A DNA stretch of 64,000 nucleotides from an uncultured Acidobacteriota bacterium (GTDB lineage: Bacteria; Acidobacteriota; Vicinamibacteria; Vicinamibacterales; UBA2999). The stretch is taken from positions 836 through 64,835 of the forward strand of contig CADEDM010000006.1 of assembly GCA_902826065.1 (NCBI GenBank). The letters run 5' to 3'. Below are positions 59,335 to 64,000 of the stretch, one piece after another. The notes under the pieces were generated by a model. It did no database searches, was not told where the DNA came from, and saw nothing but the letters and a program-made list of their open reading frames with translations. The stretch's first letter is position 1. Each line of letters starts with the position of its first letter. A program made the position numbers and the translations under genes.

Positions 59335-60546
59335 ATGCGATGTTCTACCAGATCCTGGGCGCTCCCACTCGCGGTCGTCGTGACGATGGCGGTGACGGAT
59401 GCGGCCCAGGGACAGACTGTCCGACCCGTCAGTGATGCAGAGGCGTCGAGTGTCCACGACGTCCGCCGGCTCGGCGGATCGACGGCACTGGCCGGCGCGC
59501 GCGTGAGCAACGTCGCCGCGCTGCGCCGCCTGTCGACCGATCCCGCCTTGGCCCGCCGTGTGCGGGCGGCGTTCGACGATGCCGGCATGCCGGCGCTCGC
59601 CGACAGCGTGCTCAATACACTGTCGACGACACAGACCACGTACTCGGGAGCCGCGTGCGTCGACGCCACGCCGCAGCCTGGCAGTGTCATCGAATGCGAC
59701 GTCCGACCCGGTCAGACGCTGCAGTGGATGGCCTTCCGCCGCGGCAGCCAGACGACGGTCCTGCGCAATGTGCGTTGGGCCGGGCGTGCCCCCTTCCGCG
59801 CCTACCTCTTCACGGTGAACGACGCCGGCCGCACGCACACCTTCGTGGTGCCCGTGGAATGCGGCAACGTCTCGCTGCTGCGTAGCGCCGATGCGCCGGT
59901 CGCCGCCGCCATCGTGCCGCCCCCGCCCGCACCGGAACCTGCGCCCGCCCCGGCGCCGCCCCCTCCACCACCGCCACCGCCACCGCCGCCGCCACCCGTG
60001 GCCGCGCCCGAGCCGGCCGCCGCAGCCGAGGTGCAGGTACCGCCGCCCGCGCCCGCTCCCGTGGCGTCACCGATCCGCTTCTTCATGGACGGCGCGTTCG
60101 GCAAGGAACGCCGCTCGCGTCCGCTCGATGACGACGCGTTGCTGCCGGCCGCTGACGGCGAGTTCGCGCAGTGCACCCCGCTGCTGGGCGTGAAGATCGG
60201 CGTGGGCCGCCGCTTCAGCAACGACTGGGAGCTCGCCGGCACGGTCGGCGTGGCGTTCAGCCTGGTCGACGAGGACGAGAAGGTGCGCGAGCACGCGCTG
60301 TTCGTCGAGGCCGAGGCCAACAAGTGGTTCGGCAACCGCGCCTTCGTCGGCGGCGGCGTCGGGCTGTGGGACCTCACCCGCAGCGACACGCTGACGCCGA
60401 CCCTGATGGTGCACGCCGGACTGCCGCTGGCACCCAACGTGCGCTTCCCGATCTACTTCCTGATCGAGGCCCGCTCGTTCCTCGACGGCATCGACGACTT
60501 CGACAACAACTACCAGTTCTGGGGCGGCCTCCGCGTGCGGTTCTAG
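59335..60546 (+). CDS. outer-membrane protein: N-terminal globular domain, Pro/Ala-rich spacer, small C-terminal beta-barrel ending in Phe
   Basis: Signal peptide MRCSTRSWALPLAVVVTMAVTDAAQG. A 14-Pro run. C-terminal amphipathic strands ending GGLRVRF*, an OMP-type terminal signature. Confidence 0.7.
   Translation: MRCSTRSWALPLAVVVTMAVTDAAQGQTVRPVSDAEASSVHDVRRLGGSTALAGARVSNVAALRRLSTDPALARRVRAAFDDAGMPALADSVLNTLSTTQTTYSGAACVDATPQPGSVIECDVRPGQTLQWMAFRRGSQTTVLRNVRWAGRAPFRAYLFTVNDAGRTHTFVVPVECGNVSLLRSADAPVAAAIVPPPPAPEPAPAPAPPPPPPPPPPPPPPVAAPEPAAAAEVQVPPPAPAPVASPIRFFMDGAFGKERRSRPLDDDALLPAADGEFAQCTPLLGVKIGVGRRFSNDWELAGTVGVAFSLVDEDEKVREHALFVEAEANKWFGNRAFVGGGVGLWDLTRSDTLTPTLMVHAGLPLAPNVRFPIYFLIEARSFLDGIDDFDNNYQFWGGLRVRF
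59956..59997 (+). repeat. 14 consecutive proline codons (CCG/CCA/CCC/CCT) inside a larger P/A-rich linker (about 59911-60063)
   Basis: Read directly: ccg ccc cct cca cca ccg cca ccg cca ccg ccg ccg cca ccc. Confidence 0.95.
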
Positions 60547-60570
60547 CGGACGGCGCGGCAGGACGGCAAC

Positions 60571-60598
60571 GAGGCCGGTGCCGTGAGGCACCGGCCTC
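60571..60598 (+). terminator. strong stem-loop downstream of the OMP gene (no U-tract)
   Basis: 12-bp perfect stem GAGGCCGGTGCC-gtga-GGCACCGGCCTC, 25 nt after the stop codon. Confidence 0.55.
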
Positions 60599-60678
60599 TG
60601 CGCGTACGGAGCGCACACGTCTCTTTCGCGTCGTGGACCGCGACGGGCTGGCACACACCTTGAAGCGACCAATCGATC

Positions 60679-61731
60679 ATGAGCACGTCGACGCCTCACC
60701 GCCTGACGCGGCTGCGCCATGCGTCCGACCACGTCCCCGGGATCGCGCGCGTAGCCCTGCGCAGTGGCCGCGCCACGTACCGGCGGCCCGACGGCAGCGT
60801 GGTGCGCGATCGCCGCGAATTGGATCGCATTCGCGCGCTGGCCATTCCGCCGGCGTGGAAGGACGTCTGGATCTCGCCCTGGCCCAACGGGCACATCCAG
60901 GCCACGGGACGCGACGCCCGCGGCCGCAAGCAGCATCGCTATCACGCGTCGTGGACCGCCAGGCGTGACGACGCGAAGTACGCGCGGCTGGTGGAGTTCG
61001 GCCGCGCCCTGCCGCGCCTTCGCCGGCGCGTGAGCCGCGACCTGCGCGCCCCGGGCCTCTCACATCGCAAGGTGGTCGCGCTCGTCGCCCGCCTGCTCGA
61101 TGTGTCGCTGATTCGCGTGGGCAACGACGAATACGCCCGCGACAACCACTCGTTCGGGTTGACGACGCTGCGCGATCGCCACGTCACGGTGCGGGGGCGC
61201 ACGGTGCGGTTCAAGTTCGCCGGCAAGAGCGGCAAGACCCACGACATCGAGGTCAACGACCGGCGCCTGGCGCGGCTGGTGAAGCAGTGCCAGGAGCTGC
61301 CGGGCAGCCGCCTGTTCCAGTATGTCGACGACGACGGACGCGTCTGCGACCTCACGTCGTCGGATGTCAACGACTACCTCCGCGGCGTCATGGGCGAGGC
61401 GTTCACGGCGAAGGACTTCCGCACGTGGGCCGGCACGGTCCTGGCCGCCCGTGCGCTGACGGAGACGGCGCACGACCCCGAACACGAACCAACAAGGCAG
61501 GATGTCGTTCGCGCCGTCGACACGGTGGCGCAGGCGCTCGGCAACACGCGGGCGATTTCGCGCAAGAGCTACATTCACCCGGTCGTCATCGATGCCTACC
61601 TCGGAGGCACGCTGGCCTCGTCGCTCAAGGTGCGACCGAGGGGTGGCCACGTCGCACGGCGGCGGATCGAGACCGCGGTGCTCGCGCTGCTGCAGCGTCG
61701 CCGCGGCGCCACGACCAGGCGCGCGGCCTGA
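60679..61731 (+). CDS. type IB DNA topoisomerase (bacterial/poxvirus-like)
   Basis: LAIPPAWKDVWISPWPNGHIQATGRDARGRKQHRYH hallmark, DFRTWAGT, and C-terminal SRKSYIHP with the catalytic Tyr. Confidence 0.9.
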   Translation: MSTSTPHRLTRLRHASDHVPGIARVALRSGRATYRRPDGSVVRDRRELDRIRALAIPPAWKDVWISPWPNGHIQATGRDARGRKQHRYHASWTARRDDAKYARLVEFGRALPRLRRRVSRDLRAPGLSHRKVVALVARLLDVSLIRVGNDEYARDNHSFGLTTLRDRHVTVRGRTVRFKFAGKSGKTHDIEVNDRRLARLVKQCQELPGSRLFQYVDDDGRVCDLTSSDVNDYLRGVMGEAFTAKDFRTWAGTVLAARALTETAHDPEHEPTRQDVVRAVDTVAQALGNTRAISRKSYIHPVVIDAYLGGTLASSLKVRPRGGHVARRRIETAVLALLQRRRGATTRRAA

Positions 61732-61771
61732 CCGTGTCGGCGCACCGCGACGACCGGCGTGTCAGGTCGCG

Positions 61772-62680
61772 CTAGATCAGCGTCGCCTGGCCCGGCACTG
61801 GATCGAGCACCGTCTGGATCACTTGTTCGGGCTCGTCGGACGCCGGAGTCGCCACGCGCCCGTCAGTCACGAACGCCAGCACGTCCGCGATCACCTGCGC
61901 CTTGTGCGACGCCAGCAACCCGTGCGGCGCGGTGTCGTACTCGACCAGCTGACTGCCGGCGATGGCCGCGGCGGCGCGGCGTCCGGTGGCGGCGATGGGC
62001 ACCGTCTTGTCGGCAGTGCCGTGCAGGATCAACGTGGGCACGCTGATCGCGGCGACGTCGGCGCTGAAGTCGGTGGTGGCGAACGCGCGGGCGCACGCCA
62101 GGGTGGGGTGCAGGCCGGCCTGCATGGCGATCGCGCACGACCAGCTGATGACCTCGTCGCTGACCGGCTGCGAGATCATGCCCATGCCGTAGAAGTCGCG
62201 GAAGAACTTCGGCCAGAAGGCCGCCCGATCCCGTTCGATGGCGGCGGCCATCTCGTCGAAGACGTCCGGCGGCACTCCCTCGGGGTTGGCTGCCGACTTC
62301 ATCATGCCTGGCACCACGGCGGAGATGAACACGGCGCGGTCGACGCGCGTGCCCTGGCGACGCCGGAGGTAGCGCGCGACCTCGCCACCACCCATCGAGA
62401 AGCCCACCAGCGTCGCGCCATCTGCGCCCGTCGCGTCGAGCACCGCGCCGAGATCATCGGCCAGCGTGTCGTAGTCGTAGCCGCCCCAGGGCTGCCCCGA
62501 GCGGCCGAATCCGCGGCGGTCGTAGGCGATGGCCCGGAAGCCCGCGTCGGCAAGCGCCAGGGCCAGATCGTCGAACGTGTCCGACGACAGCGGCCAGCCG
62601 TGCAGCAGCACCACCGGGCGCCCCGACCCCCATTCCTTCACGTACAGCTCGGTTCCGTCTTCCGCGGTGATGAATGGCAT
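61772..62680 (-). CDS. alpha/beta hydrolase (non-haem haloperoxidase/arylesterase-like)
   Basis: MPFITAEDGTELYVKEWGSGRPVVLLHGWPLS, nucleophile elbow GFSMGG, and a C-terminal APHG region. Confidence 0.85.
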   Translation of the reverse strand: MPFITAEDGTELYVKEWGSGRPVVLLHGWPLSSDTFDDLALALADAGFRAIAYDRRGFGRSGQPWGGYDYDTLADDLGAVLDATGADGATLVGFSMGGGEVARYLRRRQGTRVDRAVFISAVVPGMMKSAANPEGVPPDVFDEMAAAIERDRAAFWPKFFRDFYGMGMISQPVSDEVISWSCAIAMQAGLHPTLACARAFATTDFSADVAAISVPTLILHGTADKTVPIAATGRRAAAAIAGSQLVEYDTAPHGLLASHKAQVIADVLAFVTDGRVATPASDEPEQVIQTVLDPVPGQATLI

Positions 62681-62791
62681 GGCGACGCCCTCGTGTGAGC
62701 AATGGATTGCCGACTGTGCGCGCCGGCGCTCACACGGACATCGCAGCCGGCCTGCGAGCCGGTTCGTTGCAGCGCTCGTGCCAGCGCCAGC

Positions 62792-63415
62792 TCAGCTCGG
62801 CAGGATGCCCCGGCGCAGAGCGATCGTGACGGCGTGAGTGCGGTCGTTGGCCGCCAGCTTCGCCATGATGCTCTTCATGTGCGACTTCACCGTCTCCTCG
62901 CTGATGGCGAGGCCGTCGGCGACGATCTTGTTCGCCTGGCCGGCGGCAACGCGTTGCAGCACGTCGACCTCGCGGGCGGTCAGCACGTCGTCGGCATGGT
63001 GCTGCGCCAACTCGACGGCGATGGCTTCCGGAATGTGGCGCCGGCCGGCGTGCACCGCGCGGATCGTCTCGAGCAGCTCCTTCCGCAGCATGCCCTTCAG
63101 CAGGTAGCCCGCGGCGCCGGCTCTGATGGCCCGCGACGCCAGCACGTCGCCCTCGTAGGTGGTCAGGACGATGATGCGGGCGTCGGGGAACTCGGCGCGG
63201 ATGGCGGCGATAGCCTCGATGCCGCCCATGCCCGGCATCTGCACGTCCATCAGCGTCACGTCCGGGCGGAGCGCCCGGTACTGCGCCACCGCGTCGATCC
63301 CGTTTGCGGCTTCGCCAGCGAGGGTCATGTCGTCCTGCCCGTGCAGCACCGCCGCGATCCCCTCGCGCAGCAGGGGATGATCGTCCACCGTCAGCACGCG
63401 GATCGGCGCGGTCAT
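62792..63415 (-). CDS. NarL/LuxR-family response regulator
   Basis: Receiver IRVLTVDDHPLLREG...DVTLMDVQMPGMGG and a C-terminal LTAREVDVLQRVAAGQANKIVADGLAISEETVKSHMKSIMAKL HTH. ATGA overlap with the kinase stop. Confidence 0.9.
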   Translation of the reverse strand: MTAPIRVLTVDDHPLLREGIAAVLHGQDDMTLAGEAANGIDAVAQYRALRPDVTLMDVQMPGMGGIEAIAAIRAEFPDARIIVLTTYEGDVLASRAIRAGAAGYLLKGMLRKELLETIRAVHAGRRHIPEAIAVELAQHHADDVLTAREVDVLQRVAAGQANKIVADGLAISEETVKSHMKSIMAKLAANDRTHAVTIALRRGILPS

Positions 63416-64000
63416 CGGCTGCTCCCGGACCACGCCCGCCGCAGCCAGGACCAGCGCGGCGTGGCGGCATCCGCGAACGCCGTCGCCGCCGGCACGCGGA
63501 GCTCGACTTCCGTGCCGGCCCCCGGCCGGCTCCAGACATGGAACTTCGCGCCGATGCGGGCGGCGCGCTCACGCATGCCGCGCAGCCCGTAGTGCTCGGC
63601 TCGGCCGGCCGTCAGCACGTCCTCCGGGATGCCGCGACCGTCGTCGCGGCAGCGTACCCGCAGCGCGTCGGCGCTGTAGGCGATCTCGGCCTCGACGCGA
63701 TGGCCGTGGCCGTGGCGCACGGCGTTCGTGAGGGCCTCACGCACGACCCAGAACGTCTCGTCCTGCACGATCGGATGCAGCGGGCGTGGATCGCCTTCGA
63801 CCGTCAGCATGAACCCGTGACCGGTGTCGGCAGTGAGCTCGTCGCCGGTGCGCGCGATGGCCTCGGGCAGGTCCGCCGCGACGTCGGCCGACCGCCGCAG
63901 ATCGCGCACCCGCGCCCGGCCCTCGGCGAGGACGTCGTCGGCGCGCGAGAGCGCGTCCTCCATCTGCACCGCCGCGGGATCGGCGGCCGGCAGTCGCGAC
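63412..64000 (-). CDS. sensor histidine kinase, HisKA_3/HATPase_c type (C-terminal part only; continues beyond the window)
   Basis: HATPase motifs REALTNAVRHG, DDGRGI and GLRGMRERAARIGA. The frame is open to the window edge. Confidence 0.8.
   Translation of the reverse strand, partial: SRLPAADPAAVQMEDALSRADDVLAEGRARVRDLRRSADVAADLPEAIARTGDELTADTGHGFMLTVEGDPRPLHPIVQDETFWVVREALTNAVRHGHGHRVEAEIAYSADALRVRCRDDGRGIPEDVLTAGRAEHYGLRGMRERAARIGAKFHVWSRPGAGTEVELRVPAATAFADAATPRWSWLRRAWSGSSR

Noticed and set aside
59911-60063. Repetitive CCG/CCA/GCC tract considered as a possible tandem-repeat or CRISPR-like element.
   Set aside because: It is in frame within an ORF and simply encodes a Pro/Ala linker. 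It has no spacer-repeat periodicity.

Overview
This is a very G+C-rich (about 70% by eye), gene-dense chromosomal segment with about 55 protein genes and one tRNA. I saw no rRNA, CRISPR array, transposase, integrase or phage genes. Several family-level markers point to an Acidobacteriota-type genome. These are an ADOP-type orphan FtsX/MacB permease, three VWFA-related (TIGR03436-like) secreted proteins and a PSD1/DUF1501 pair. That placement is inference, not a search result. Recognisable content in order: (1) a TetR-TolC-HlyD-MFS(EmrB-like) efflux operon. (2) A large glycan locus made of two convergent operons: LtaS/OpgB-like transferase + AlgI-type MBOAT + AlgJ/X-like protein on the + strand, facing seven tightly coupled minus-strand genes. 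Those seven are a GH-A/GT2 fusion synthase, an MsbA-like ABC exporter, a CgeB-like GT, a GT4, a PIG-L deacetylase and a zinc-ribbon methyltransferase. (3) A 5'-nucleotidase-like phosphoesterase, AcuI/YhdH-type reductase, di-haem cytochrome c peroxidase, MBL hydrolase-thyA-folA and Fur-katG. (4) An exported nucleosidase next to an AzgA purine permease, an exported M24 peptidase and a TAT-exported threonine-aldolase-like PLP enzyme. (5) A DUF6152 / lipoprotein / TAT flavin amine oxidase operon, and PSD1 + DUF1501. (6) tRNA-Lys(CTT), an rpoZ-like gene, a GT-C glycosyltransferase, VWA+TPR, MgtC, a Pro-rich outer-membrane protein, topoisomerase IB, an alpha/beta hydrolase and a NarL-type two-component pair (kinase truncated by the window end). 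The most unusual observations are: three dispersed paralogues of an undescribed secreted protein family, which share a conserved N-terminal module (W-Q-x-x-P-Y-C-N-V ... D-x-Q-C-G ... G-T-W ... G-T-F-x-F) with swapped C-terminal heads, one clearly C1q/TNF-like; a cytoplasmic-side GH-A glycosidase-like domain fused to a membrane GT2 synthase; an unlisted 50-codon metallothionein-like ORF; and a DUF6152 operon whose mature protein would start with His-His. Many long ORFs in the supplied track are antisense or out-of-frame shadows typical of high-GC DNA, and I rejected them. All start codons are judgement calls. Several genes appear to use GTG and 4-nt GTGA/ATGA stop-start overlaps.
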